Source of the DNA: Candidatus Thorarchaeota archaeon
GTDB lineage: Archaea; Asgardarchaeota; Thorarchaeia; Thorarchaeales; Thorarchaeaceae
Length of the DNA: 64,000 nucleotides
Direction: 5' to 3'
NCBI GenBank assembly: GCA_046482545.1
Contig: JAWOEX010000035.1
Span: 128,001 to 192,000, forward strand
Positions within the stretch are counted from its first letter, which is position 1. Each line of letters opens with the position of its first letter. The notes beneath the pieces are model-generated. The model saw nothing but the letters and a program-made list of their open reading frames with translations. It did not search any database and had not been told where the DNA came from. A program made the position numbers and the translations under genes. Of this stretch, positions 18,339 through 32,897 are shown piece after piece.

Positions 18339-18800
18339 AGAACATCCCTACATCAGACGACTGCCCACCAAGTTCCCTCATTAGATCTATAATCAAACCC
18401 ACGATGGTGAACTTCGTGCGTAGCTACATTTGGTAACACCTTAGTAAGTGTAAAGTTGTTGGTAACACCATCCCAAATTATAGTCCCACATTTTGTAACT
18501 CATCTTCTATCAGATTAGAGAGATTCCTTTGTTTTTGGTCTTTCTCTTCAAATGGAGTCGTTACACCCTCAATATTGGAGACCTCAGTGGGATTGAAGAC
18601 TGTGACCTCTCTCTTTTCGAGGACTTCATCAATCCAGTAAGATTCGGAATTTACTAGATGAACAAGGATATTCCTGATGGACGAATGCGCGATTTCCAAC
18701 TTCAGGGTAAAATCAACCTCTGAAGGAATTTCTTTCCATCCGACCTAGAAGTGGTTCCTGCACTTGAAATTGTGTTCGGAAGATAACCGTACGTAGATAA
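18339..18800 (-). pseudogene. DinB-family protein pseudogene
   Basis: SIRNILVHLVNSESYWI and ATHEVHHRG motifs lie in different frames; internal TAG and frameshifts. Confidence 0.7.
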
Positions 18801-18863
18801 TCACAGCTTACCGATAAGTAACTGAGCATCCTAACCTTGTCTTGCCAGTGGAAAATAAGAGAA

Positions 18864-19002
18864 TGGCGCCCCGGCCGGGATTTGAACCCGGGTTCCGAGA
18901 GCTCTGTCCCAAGACGTCAAGCGCCAAGGCTTGACAGTCTCGGATGCTATTCCGGACACGGTAGATTATTCTACCGTATAGGCCGAACTACACTACCGGG
19001 GC
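18864..19002 (-). tRNA. tRNA-Asp(GTC) with two introns (D-loop ~18948-18978, 31 nt; 37/38 at 18902-18931, 30 nt)
   Basis: Removing both inserts gives a canonical 78-nt archaeal tRNA-Asp with CCA. Confidence 0.92.
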
Positions 19003-19325
19003 ACTACTGAATTTGTCCGTACCTAGACAAGTCAACGGGGCCACTTTCAGAGTTCTATTAAAGTTGTCGTTGTCAAAGCATCAGCATAACCTTTTTTGGT
19101 AATCATGCAGTATGTACTTTTGGCAATATGCCGTACATTGGAGCAGATGATATTCCAAATTTCCTTGTCTTAAGGAAAATCTTTTATTCATACAAAATTC
19201 CCGTTCGATGCTCAAGCAGGATTGCTTCCCACTCATGCATGGCCATATGCCACACTTACGATAAAACGATTGTACACATCGTTATCTAGTCAGTTATGTG
19301 TTGTACATGGTCTGGTGCAATGCAC

Positions 19326-19432
19326 GGGCTCGTGGCGCAGACAGGTAGCGCAATAGGCTTTTAACCTAGGGGTCGCGGGTTCAAAGCCCCTCTTGGTTTC
19401 CAAGAGGTGTGAAACTCCCGCCGAGCCCGCCA
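19326..19432 (+). tRNA. tRNA-Lys(TTT) with a 30-nt T-loop (59/60) intron (19386-19415)
   Basis: GGGCTCG...CTTTTAA...GGTTCAAA[intron]TCCCGCCGAGCCCGCCA. Confidence 0.92.
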
Positions 19433-19603
19433 TCGTGCATGCGTAATAGTATGGGTCGGTCGCGTTCTGAAAGAGCTGAATAACAACGGGGCGTCTATTG
19501 CTAGGAATGTACGAGCTCGGATTTTCTGGGTTCCATGCAAAGGGAAGCATGAGTCTGATATCTGGCAGTAGTACCCCCGTCCATCTTGGAATGGTGTCGT
19601 AAT

Positions 19604-22600
19604 ATGGCTGCATTAGACGCAAAAGAACGTGGAAAATACTGGCCAGTGATTGAGTCTTTCTTCGATTACTATGGCTTGGTGGGTCAGCATCTTGACTCAT
19701 TCAACAGGTTTGTGAACGAAGAACTACAGAAAGTGGTCGATGATATCGGCAAGATTACGCCTAAGGTTGAAGGCTATCACGTAGAACTCGGTGACATCAC
19801 AGTAGAACAACCCTCTATCAGAGAAGCAGATGGAAGTGAGCATCCACTCTATCCAAATGAAGCCAGAATTCGGGATTTGACCTATGCGGCCAAGTTGTAT
19901 CTAGAGATGACACCAGTGAGGAAGGATGGTTCTGTATCTACCCGAATGGAAACGCTCAGAATCTATGTTGGTGACCTTCCAATAATGCTTCGAAGCGAAA
20001 AATGTTTGCTGCACGGGATGTCAGATGAAGAGCTTATTGAACATGGCGAAGATCCTAAGGATCCTGGAGGATACTTCATAATCAACGGTTCGGAGCGAGT
20101 CCTCGTTACCCAAGAGGATCTTGCGCCGAATAGAATTCTAATTGAAGAGGCGAGCAAAAGCTCCAGCTATACTCATGTAGCTAAAGTATTCTCTACATCT
20201 AGAGGCTTTAGAGCACCGGCGACAATCGAAAGGAAGAGGACTGGAGAGCTGAGAGCGTCATTCCCATCAGTACCGGGCAAAATTCCCTTAGCAATATTGC
20301 TCAAGGCGCTTGGATTGGAATCGGATAGAGAAATCGTTGATGTCATCTCTGATGATGATGAAATCAGAAATGAACTCATCGTCACGATTGAGCAGTCCGC
20401 ACCAATAAATGCCGATACAGATGATCCGGAAGCATCTACAAAGGACAATGCTCTCGATTATATAGGCAAACGAGTAGCTGTTGGCCAGACCAAGGAATAC
20501 CGCCTTTCACGTGCCGAGAAGGTTCTTGATAGGTATCTACTTCCTCACGTTGGAACTGACCCTGAAAATCGTCTACAGAAGGCTTACTACCTTGGACAGA
20601 TGATTGAGCGTCTCCTAGAACTAGTCCTTGGCAAACGCGAGCCCGATGACAAGGACCATTATGCTAACAAGAGATTGAAGCTCTCTGGCGATCTTCTAAT
20701 GTCACTCTTCAGAGTTGCATTATACTCTCTTAATCGTGATATCAAATATCAGCTGGAACGAACTGCAACTCGAGGCCGAAAGCCGAACATTAGAACCGCA
20801 GTCAGAGCCGATGTTATTACACAGAGACTGAAGCACGCTCTTGCTACAGGAAACTGGGTTGGCGGAAAAGCTGGTGTCTCTCAATTACTTGATCGCACAA
20901 ATTACATTTCTTCCCTTTCACACTTGCGTAGAGTTGTTTCACCACTTTCAAGATCACAACCACACTTTGAGGCCAGAGACCTTCATTCTACACATTGGGG
21001 AAAGATTTGTCCTAACGAGACTCCGGAAGGTCCAAACTGTGGCCTTGTAAAGAATATTGCAATGATGGCTTACATTTCGGTAGGAACTGAAGAAGAGCCA
21101 ATCGAACGAGCTTTACTCCAAGCGGATGTTGAACCCATCGAAAACCTGAAGGGTAAAAGAGGCCAGAAATGGGCAGATATATTTCTGAATGGACGCCTAA
21201 TTGGAGTGCATGCTGCTCCTAAAGTGCTAGCTAAAACCATGCGTCAGAAGAGACAATCTGGCGAAATCGATTCGGAAACCAATGTAGCATACTATGAAAT
21301 CACGCATGAAGTTCAAGTGAACTGTGACGCTGGTAGGGTTAGACGGCCATTGATAGTAGTACAAAACGGCAAGAGTCGTTTGACAAAAGAACATCTCAGA
21401 ATGGTTATGGACGGCGAATGGGCCTTCCAAGATTTGATGCGAAACGGACTTGTCGAGTTCTTGGATGCAGAAGAAGAAGAAAATGCCCTAATAGCAATGT
21501 ATCCAGACGATATCGGCCCTGATACAACCCACCTAGAGATTGAACCATCTACCATTCTCGGTATATCAGCAGCTTTGATACCTTTCGCTGAGCGGAATCA
21601 GTCTCCACGTAACGTCTACATGGCTGGGATGGCCAAGCAGTCAATAGGTGTCCCATCATCGAATTTCAATCACCGTGCAGATACACGTTCTCATTTCTTC
21701 CATTATCCTCAGATACCATTAGTTACGACTAGAGCTATGGATCCGATAGGCTACGAAGAGCGACCAGCAGGTCAGAACGTGGTTATGGCAATCCTATCAT
21801 TTGAGGGGTACAATATTGAAGATGCCCTGATTATGAATAAAGCTTCAATCGACCGAGGTTTAAGCAGGAGCACGTTCTGTCGTGTATATGAGAGCGAGGA
21901 ACGAAAGTATCCTGGTGGTCAGGAAGATCGATTTGAAATTCCTGAGAGAAGTGTGCGAGGATACCGCGCATCAGAGGCTTATCGCAATCTTGGTGAGGAT
22001 GGTATTATCGAAACGGAAGTTGAAGTGCAGGGCGGTGACGTTCTCATTGGAAGAACCTCACCCCCAAGATTCCTTGAAGAATACTCAGAGTTCGAAATCA
22101 CGTCACCAAACAGACGGGAGACTTCTGTGTCTGTACGACATGGTGAGTCAGGAGTTGTTGATAATGTAATCCTGACTGAAACCATTGATGGAAATCGTCT
22201 TGTGAAGGTCAAGGTACGGGACTTGAGAGTTCCAGAGCTTGGCGATAAGTATGCTTCTCGTCACGGTCAGAAAGGGGTTCTTGGATATCTGGCCCCACAG
22301 GAAGATTTGCCTTTCACAGAACAAGGCATTGTCCCAGATATGGTCCTGAACCCTCATGCTATTCCTTCACGGATGACTATAGGCCAGATTCTGGAAATGA
22401 TTGCTGGAAAAGCCTCTTCAGTAGAGGGTCGACAAAAGGACGCTACTCCCTTCAGTGGAGTATCGGAAGAGGAGCTATTTGAAACTCTCCAAGAACATGG
22501 GTTCCAGCATAATGGCCGCGAAACCATGTACTCTGGAGTTACTGGCGAGAAACTGAAAACCGACATTTTCCTTGGAGTAATCTATTATCAGAAGCTTCAT

Positions 22601-22978
22601 CACATGGTGGCCGATAAAATTCATGCTCGTGCAAGAGGTCCTGTACAGATTCTTACGAGGCAGCCCACGGAAGGCCGTGCACGTGAAGGAGGGCTTCGTT
22701 TCGGAGAGATGGAACGAGATGTGCTTATCGGACATGGTGCTGCAATGCTCCTGAAAGGTCGTCTACTCGAGGAATCAGATAGAAGCACAATGCTAGTCTG
22801 TGAAGAATGCGGCCTGATTGGAGTATATGACCGTAATCGTGATAGCTACTACTGCCCGATATGCGGTTCTGATGCAAAGGTAAGTAGAGTTGTTGTTTCA
22901 TATGCATTCAAGCTGTTATGCCAGGAAATGATGTCACTAGGGCTTGCACCTAGACTGAGGCTAAAGGAGCTAATCTAG
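19604..22978 (+). CDS. rpoB: DNA-directed RNA polymerase subunit B (Rpo2, unsplit)
   Basis: GGYFIINGSE, ETPEGPNCGLVKN, GDKYASRHGQKG, GGLRFGEMERD. Confidence 0.99.
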   Translation: MAALDAKERGKYWPVIESFFDYYGLVGQHLDSFNRFVNEELQKVVDDIGKITPKVEGYHVELGDITVEQPSIREADGSEHPLYPNEARIRDLTYAAKLYLEMTPVRKDGSVSTRMETLRIYVGDLPIMLRSEKCLLHGMSDEELIEHGEDPKDPGGYFIINGSERVLVTQEDLAPNRILIEEASKSSSYTHVAKVFSTSRGFRAPATIERKRTGELRASFPSVPGKIPLAILLKALGLESDREIVDVISDDDEIRNELIVTIEQSAPINADTDDPEASTKDNALDYIGKRVAVGQTKEYRLSRAEKVLDRYLLPHVGTDPENRLQKAYYLGQMIERLLELVLGKREPDDKDHYANKRLKLSGDLLMSLFRVALYSLNRDIKYQLERTATRGRKPNIRTAVRADVITQRLKHALATGNWVGGKAGVSQLLDRTNYISSLSHLRRVVSPLSRSQPHFEARDLHSTHWGKICPNETPEGPNCGLVKNIAMMAYISVGTEEEPIERALLQADVEPIENLKGKRGQKWADIFLNGRLIGVHAAPKVLAKTMRQKRQSGEIDSETNVAYYEITHEVQVNCDAGRVRRPLIVVQNGKSRLTKEHLRMVMDGEWAFQDLMRNGLVEFLDAEEEENALIAMYPDDIGPDTTHLEIEPSTILGISAALIPFAERNQSPRNVYMAGMAKQSIGVPSSNFNHRADTRSHFFHYPQIPLVTTRAMDPIGYEERPAGQNVVMAILSFEGYNIEDALIMNKASIDRGLSRSTFCRVYESEERKYPGGQEDRFEIPERSVRGYRASEAYRNLGEDGIIETEVEVQGGDVLIGRTSPPRFLEEYSEFEITSPNRRETSVSVRHGESGVVDNVILTETIDGNRLVKVKVRDLRVPELGDKYASRHGQKGVLGYLAPQEDLPFTEQGIVPDMVLNPHAIPSRMTIGQILEMIAGKASSVEGRQKDATPFSGVSEEELFETLQEHGFQHNGRETMYSGVTGEKLKTDIFLGVIYYQKLHHMVADKIHARARGPVQILTRQPTEGRAREGGLRFGEMERDVLIGHGAAMLLKGRLLEESDRSTMLVCEECGLIGVYDRNRDSYYCPICGSDAKVSRVVVSYAFKLLCQEMMSLGLAPRLRLKELI

Positions 22979-26846
<3,868 letters not shown>

Positions 26847-26946
26847 TACGGGGATGAAGATACATGTCGGAAACATTAAAACGCTCCATCCATCTGGCCA
26901 TTTCCTGTAAAGGCCTAGCCTATAATCAAAGACAGAGGTGGTTATA

Positions 26947-27240
26947 TTGAGTCTAGAACAACCGATTGGTAGCGCAGTAAATACAGGAGAATGTCGCATT
27001 GGTGCTAAATCATCAATCACCGCAATCAAAATGGGAGCGGCCAAGCTAGTTGTAGTTGCTGCCAACGCGCCAATTGATGTACTTGAGGATATTGAGTACT
27101 ATGCCAACATGGGTAATATCCCGACCAAGAGATTTGAAGGCACATCTTGGGATTTGGGCGAAGTCATAGGCAAGCCCTTCATGGTTGCTGCAATAGCAGT
27201 AATCGAACCAGGCGATTCAAATATCCTGGAGTTGGCGTGA
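26947..27240 (+). CDS. rpl30e: 50S ribosomal protein L30e
   Basis: IEYYA...GTSWDLG..IGKPF..EPGDS; conserved position after rpoA2. Confidence 0.95.
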   Translation: MSLEQPIGSAVNTGECRIGAKSSITAIKMGAAKLVVVAANAPIDVLEDIEYYANMGNIPTKRFEGTSWDLGEVIGKPFMVAAIAVIEPGDSNILELA

Positions 27241-27252
27241 GGGCGAGTCTTT

Positions 27253-27681
27253 TTGGGGAAAGTTAAGCTGTCAATGGATGATATGGCTCTTATTGCCAAA
27301 TTCGAGCAAATAACAGGAGCTCCTGCATCTGATGTGATAGCAGAAGAAGAGCGTCTCATTTTTGTTGTGAAGGGCAAACACTTGGCCGATGCCATTGGTC
27401 ACCAAGGTTCAAATGTAAAGAAAGCTGCCGAAATCTTCGAAAAGGAAATCGACATTGTCGAGGCTGCAGACAATCCAGAAGACTTCGTGAAGAATGCGTT
27501 ATCTCCGGCGCGGGTTAAAGAAGTGAATATTAGAGAACAAAAGAATGGTCGGAAAATAGCTTCGGTGAAGGTAAATGACAAGGACCGGGGCATCGCTATC
27601 GGCAAACAGGGGCGTAATGTAGCTCGAGCTCAAGTTCTCGTACAACGACACTTTGATGTTAATCAAGTTGTTATAGACTGA
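27253..27681 (+). CDS. nusA: Archaeal NusA (two KH domains)
   Basis: AIGHQGSNV and AIGKQGRNV KH motifs. Confidence 0.95.
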   Translation: MGKVKLSMDDMALIAKFEQITGAPASDVIAEEERLIFVVKGKHLADAIGHQGSNVKKAAEIFEKEIDIVEAADNPEDFVKNALSPARVKEVNIREQKNGRKIASVKVNDKDRGIAIGKQGRNVARAQVLVQRHFDVNQVVID

Positions 27682-27837
27682 AGATTCGTATATTTTGTAT
27701 ATTTCTACTACTTGCATTATCGGGGCGTTTTTGTCGTGTCATAATTCTTTTAAGCCTCTAGGAGTGGCTTTGCTTTGACCCACCGCAGAGAATACCATGA
27801 ATGGTGTTCCAATATTAGCACTAGGAGATGTCATGAT

Positions 27838-28281
27838 TTGACCGGAAAGAAAAGCCCAATGGGTGAATTTGCAGCAAGAGACCTGAAGAGGAAACGTAAG
27901 AAATTCCGCTGGAAAAAAGCCAGTGTGAAACGGAAGATTCTCAATCTGAAAGAGAAGACTGATCCCTTAGAAGGCGCACCCCAAGCCAATGGTATCGTGC
28001 TTGAAAAAGTGGGAATCGAATCCAAACAACCCAACTCAGCTATTCGAAAAGCTGTAAGGATTCAACTTTCCAAGAATGGGAAACAAATCACCGCTTTTAT
28101 CCCGGGTGACGGAGGACTGAAGTATATTGATGAACATGATATGGTGCTAGTCGAAGGTATTGGTGGGGCAATGGGCGGTGCTATGGGTGACTTGCCTGGA
28201 GTAAGGTGGAAAGTTGTGAAAGTCAATGGTGTAGCCTTGGAATCACTAATTTATGGTAAGGCCGAGAAGCCAATACGATAG
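27838..28281 (+). CDS. rps12: 30S ribosomal protein S12 (uS12)
   Basis: [21 protein letters not shown]; probable TTG start. Confidence 0.97.
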   Translation: MTGKKSPMGEFAARDLKRKRKKFRWKKASVKRKILNLKEKTDPLEGAPQANGIVLEKVGIESKQPNSAIRKAVRIQLSKNGKQITAFIPGDGGLKYIDEHDMVLVEGIGGAMGGAMGDLPGVRWKVVKVNGVALESLIYGKAEKPIR

Positions 28282-28292
28282 GGGGATGAACA

Positions 28293-28937
28293 ATGTCAGA
28301 AGATGCAACAACTGAAACCGAAGAAAAAGAAACACAAACAACACCAAGACTTCTCCTTTTCGGCAAATGGGATTCAACGAGGGTTCAGGTTGGCGATATT
28401 GGTCTTAGAAGATACATTTCCCTGAAGCCCGTACTTCTTCCTCATTCTGCTGGGCGGCATGCAGGAAAAAGATTTCACAAATCTGATGTTCCGATTGTTG
28501 AACGCTACATCAATAAATTGATGAATGCAGGCAAACGGAAAGCCAAAAAAACGAGAACTGGACGCTGGGCTGGAAAGAAGGCTAGGATGATATATGCCGT
28601 TCGGCGCGCATTCAACATGATCAATTTCAAGACTGGTAATAACCCCATCCAAATTCTCGTGACAGCAATAGAGAACGCAGCCCCTGCTGAGGAGACCACC
28701 AGAATCTCATATGGTGGCATGGCATATCCGCGTTCAGTTGATGTTGCACCCCAACGGAGAATCGATCTGGCTCTAAGATATTTGGCCGTTGGTTCTGTCC
28801 GCGCTGCGCACAAGAACCCCAAATCTCTCGAAGAATGTATTGTGGATGAGATCATGGCCGCCTATCATAATAATACGAAAAGCTATGCAATCTCTCGAAA
28901 AGAAGAGCGCGAACGTGTTGCGCGATCGGCTCGTTAG
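28293..28937 (+). CDS. rps7: 30S ribosomal protein S7 (uS7)
   Basis: NPIQILVTAIEN, VDVAPQRRID, ERVARSAR. Confidence 0.97.
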   Translation: MSEDATTETEEKETQTTPRLLLFGKWDSTRVQVGDIGLRRYISLKPVLLPHSAGRHAGKRFHKSDVPIVERYINKLMNAGKRKAKKTRTGRWAGKKARMIYAVRRAFNMINFKTGNNPIQILVTAIENAAPAEETTRISYGGMAYPRSVDVAPQRRIDLALRYLAVGSVRAAHKNPKSLEECIVDEIMAAYHNNTKSYAISRKEERERVARSAR

Positions 28938-29079
28938 TTGTCTACTAGGAAGATTCCAAAAGCAGTAACTCTTCGATATCATTCCCTACACATTAGATTG
29001 ATAAAAACCGATTCAAAAAACCTTCTTTAACTGGTGTTAGCTCTCTTCTCAAAACGAAGATTTTCGAGAGTGTAGACTA

Positions 29080-30018
29080 TTGGATACACACAAAAAATCG
29101 TGGCTAGCTCTCCTATTTACTACACTCACTTGGGCGTCGTCCATCGTATTTGCCAAACTCGTCTATGCTGAACTGACACCCATGGTATTTCTTGCATTGC
29201 GTTATAGTATTGCGTGTCCACCACTCTATTTCGTAGGAAGGCTTGTTGCTGATACTTCACTTAACCAATCATTGATTAGAGAGAATTGGAAAATTCTGTT
29301 GGCGGCCGGGATAACAGGCCCCTTCATCTCACAGACCCTTCAATATGTTGGATTAGGCCTTACCAACGCGAGCGATACTGTGCTTCTAATCAATCTCGCT
29401 CCCTTGTCCTCCCTTATCCTTGCAGTTCCCATTCTAGGTGAAACCTTGAATCGCGGCAAAATCACAGGCATGATGCTTGCAATTAGTGGGGCTGCTTTCA
29501 TTGTCTTGGGTGGCGCATCTATTGATGCTGCACTGGTTCCTAGTCGTATCCTAGGGGACTTCATCGTAGTGGCTTCTACTTTCTTTTTTGCTCTCAATGG
29601 CATCCTAGGCAAAATAGCGGTGAAATCCATCCATTCTCTTGATTTCACATTTGTCAGCGTACTGATTTCAATTCCTTTTCTGTGGCTATCTGCGGCACTC
29701 ACAGAAGATATTACCATACTGCTCAACGTCTCGCTAGGAAACTGGTTTCTCATGCTTTGGATTGGAGTTGTGAATACTGCAATTAGCTTCGCCCTTTATT
29801 ATGAAGCAATGAGGCACATCGAGGCATCAACCACCCAAATCGGGCTGAACCTTATTGCTGTCTGGGGCGTTGCTTTGTCCATTATCCTTCTCGCTGAATC
29901 TGTCTCATTCCTGGAAATCTTTGGCGGAATTCTGACGATTGTAGGAGTCATTATTACACAATCCCTAGCAAAGAAAAACCCACCAGAACCGTCTCTATCG
30001 AGCACAGCTCCCCTCTAA
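29080..30018 (+). CDS. DMT/EamA family permease
   Basis: Ten TM helices in two EamA repeats. Confidence 0.9.
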   Translation: MDTHKKSWLALLFTTLTWASSIVFAKLVYAELTPMVFLALRYSIACPPLYFVGRLVADTSLNQSLIRENWKILLAAGITGPFISQTLQYVGLGLTNASDTVLLINLAPLSSLILAVPILGETLNRGKITGMMLAISGAAFIVLGGASIDAALVPSRILGDFIVVASTFFFALNGILGKIAVKSIHSLDFTFVSVLISIPFLWLSAALTEDITILLNVSLGNWFLMLWIGVVNTAISFALYYEAMRHIEASTTQIGLNLIAVWGVALSIILLAESVSFLEIFGGILTIVGVIITQSLAKKNPPEPSLSSTAPL

Positions 30019-30262
30019 ATACTCCCGGTGCTTGCTTTTGTTATTCGGGCCTACCTACGGAATGAATTGAACTATGCCAGATTATTCCAGAAGCGCTCTG
30101 CGCTGCAATATCCAAGATATAACTCGCAAAATTAAGCGTGTCAAGCCCTTTGTTCGGTATTAGGATAAATCAAAATCATTAAAAGGTGAGTACGGCAGGA
30201 CTCAAAAAGCCAGTCCTTCCAAGAGGAAGGGCTACAAAACAAGAATAAGGAGAGATTATGCC

Positions 30263-31591
30263 TTGCCTAAGAAAAAGTCGGAGCACCTGAATATGGTTGT
30301 GATTGGCCACGTAGATCACGGCAAATCCACCATGGTTGGGAGATTGCTCTATGAAACGGGCGCTGTTGATGAGCGTACATTCCAGCAGCATAAGAAGGAA
30401 GCCGAGGAACTTGGGCGGCCTAGCTGGGCATGGGCCTTTGCGCTGGACCGCCTAAAAGAGGAACGCGAACGTGGTCTAACCATTGATATCGCCTTCTTTA
30501 AATTTGAAACCCCCGGTGGCTTATACTATACAATTATTGATGCTCCTGGTCACAAAGACTTCATCAAGAACATGATTACTGGTGCATCACAAGCAGATCT
30601 AGCACTACTGGTTGTTTCTGCAAAACGTGGTGAATTCGAAGCCGGTATCGGTCCAGGTGGACAGACTAAAGAGCACGCCTACCTTGCAATGACGCTAGGT
30701 GTGCCCAATATCATCGTATGTGTTAACAAGATGGATGATGAGACTGTCGACTACAGTGAGGATCGTTACAATGAGGTCAAGGAGGAAGTTGGTGGTTTTC
30801 TGAAGGGAATCGGGTACAAGCCGGAGGATGTTCCATTCATTCCAACTTCTGCTTTGTCAGCATGTAATCTTAAAGAGAATACTCCAGACCTCACACCATG
30901 GTATGATGGCCCATCACTGCTCGAGGCACTTGATGATATTGAGATGCCTGAGAAGCCAACCGAATTGCCCCTACGTGTACCAATCAACGATGTGTATTCA
31001 ATCAAGGGTGTGGGTACCGTACCAGTAGGACGAGTTGAGACTGGAATCATGAGACCTGGTGACAAAGTCACATTCATGCCTCCCAATAAGACGGGTGAAG
31101 TCAAATCGATTGAAATGCATCATGAGATGCTAGATGAAGCAGAACCAGGTGATAACGTTGGTTTCAATGTCCGCGGTGTGGAACGAAGAGACCTAGGTCG
31201 TGGTGATGTGGCAGGTCCTGCAAAGGAACCTCCTACCGTTGCTGCAGACTATACCGGTCAGGTCATGGTTATCCAGCATCCAACTGCAATTACTGTTGGC
31301 TACACGCCAGTTATCCATACCCATACCGCTCAGGTTGCCTGCAGATTCGACGAACTGCTGCAGAAGCTTGACCAACGCAGCGGCCAAGTGACGGAGGAAA
31401 ATCCTGATTACGTAAAGAAAGGCGAATCGATGATTGCCAAGCTCGTACCGCTCAAACCAATGGTAATCGAGCCATACAAGGAAATTCCTCAGCTCGGACG
31501 CTTTGCAGTCCGTGACATGGGTATGACAGTCGCAGTAGGCGTTGTACAGAAGGTCACACCCCGCAAGCTTCCAGCAGAGAAGAAAGCCTAG
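30263..31591 (+). CDS. tuf: Translation elongation factor EF-1alpha
   Basis: [37 protein letters not shown]. Confidence 0.99.
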   Translation: MPKKKSEHLNMVVIGHVDHGKSTMVGRLLYETGAVDERTFQQHKKEAEELGRPSWAWAFALDRLKEERERGLTIDIAFFKFETPGGLYYTIIDAPGHKDFIKNMITGASQADLALLVVSAKRGEFEAGIGPGGQTKEHAYLAMTLGVPNIIVCVNKMDDETVDYSEDRYNEVKEEVGGFLKGIGYKPEDVPFIPTSALSACNLKENTPDLTPWYDGPSLLEALDDIEMPEKPTELPLRVPINDVYSIKGVGTVPVGRVETGIMRPGDKVTFMPPNKTGEVKSIEMHHEMLDEAEPGDNVGFNVRGVERRDLGRGDVAGPAKEPPTVAADYTGQVMVIQHPTAITVGYTPVIHTHTAQVACRFDELLQKLDQRSGQVTEENPDYVKKGESMIAKLVPLKPMVIEPYKEIPQLGRFAVRDMGMTVAVGVVQKVTPRKLPAEKKA

Positions 31592-31608
31592 AAGGTAATT
31601 AGTTCATA

Positions 31609-31648
31609 GAACCGGGCTGCAAAGCCCGCGTTCACACTCTGTTTTTTT
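31609..31648 (+). terminator. Hairpin plus T-tract terminator after tuf
   Basis: gaac-cgggct-gcaa-agcccg-c-gttc followed by T7. Confidence 0.7.
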
Positions 31649-31798
31649 CCGTTTGCTTTGACAAGCTAAACTGTCTTTGTATGCAGTTTGATTTCGATGT
31701 TGCAATAATCAACAAAGGAGTCACATTCTTAGGTGAGAACACAAAGCTACCAAAATGAATCGTATGAGTGAAAACGGCAAGAGGAGCATGAGATATAT

Positions 31799-32164
31799 AT
31801 GTTAGACTCCAAGATGAAACAGATTCTTCTTCTCATATTTTTGGTCTCACTTCTTGTCTTTACTACCGTCTTCTGCCTTGCCCATTGTCAGTATGATTTC
31901 CTTGCAACCCTCCTTTTGCTCATGATTTTTCCCTCAAGCTACTGTCTCTGGCTATTCTTTAGTCTCAGACAAGAAGAGATACACGGTCGTACTGATAATT
32001 CCCGTACATCATCTGATTTTTTCAAAGCTATACCAAAAAACCAACAGAGTGTAACCTGTCCCGATTGTGGATTATCGTTCCGTGTGTCTAGCGCAACTAG
32101 ATTCGGACAGAACGTTGTTTTATGCCCGGTATGCAGTGCAAGGCTCCGTATTAACAAATCATAG
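31799..32164 (+). CDS. Small 2-TM protein with a C-terminal Zn ribbon
   Basis: Two hydrophobic helices; CPDC...CPVC. Confidence 0.65.
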   Translation: MLDSKMKQILLLIFLVSLLVFTTVFCLAHCQYDFLATLLLLMIFPSSYCLWLFFSLRQEEIHGRTDNSRTSSDFFKAIPKNQQSVTCPDCGLSFRVSSATRFGQNVVLCPVCSARLRINKS

Positions 32165-32252
32165 GATAGGTTATCCTACTATTTCTGATGAACTTTATTA
32201 TTTGTTTCTCCAGTGAATAGCATTGAGAATTTGCAACAGAAAAGGATGGGTT

Positions 32253-32399
32253 TGGCGCTGGGAGGGGGATATTCGGAATCTACCAGAAGGTAGACACCTT
32301 TCGAACCCCCGCGTGCTTAAGCACACCAGCTGTCAGCCCGCCTGCTTCGCGTGAAGGCGATTAGCAGGCTGGCTCCATACCAGGCTAGGAGATCCCAGC
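32253..32399 (-). tRNA. tRNA-Ser(GCT) with two 30-nt introns (37/38 and 59/60)
   Basis: Mature 87-nt form has the long variable arm GTGC-TTAA-GCAC, G73 and CCA. Confidence 0.92.
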
Positions 32400-32540
32400 T
32401 TGCTTATGTAGCGGAAGCCGTGGTACATCTTCTCTCGCTTATTGTCTTTCTCTTAAACATTACCGTAGGAAGCTTTCTGTCTACAAACTATGTTAAGGAA
32501 AAAAGGAACGACCCAATCAATGATTTATGCTGCAAATAGG

Positions 32541-32853
32541 TGCAGTGGCCCCCACCTTTCGGATGTCCCGTCGCAGATGACCCTTTCGCTGCGTTCCTCA
32601 AAGCAGCTACCTCCGGGGCTCTACTGCTCCCCCTTAGGGCTGTTCCCGCCAGGGCCTGACCCGTTTCGGGGGTCTAAGACAATCCCATTGGTCCTACGAC
32701 CAATGATATGCCCGTTGCAGACTCCGAAGACTGCTCATCAACGTCACACGACGAACGTCAGCTGAAACGGGGTTCATCCTCATACATGGGTTACTGGCAC
32801 CACTATAGCCGTGTGGTCATGGTCGCGGCTAACGACCTGCCCTACCCACTGCA
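32541..32853 (-). ncRNA. ffs: Archaeal SRP (7S) RNA
   Basis: Helix 1 tgcagtgg/ccactgca; Alu loops tagccg and cggcta are complementary; helix 6 cattggtc-GTAG-gaccaatg; helix 8 CAGG...AGCA. Confidence 0.88.
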
Positions 32854-32897
32854 GTTCCCAGCTAGTCGTAATTTGCCTAAAAATATTCAGGTACTCC

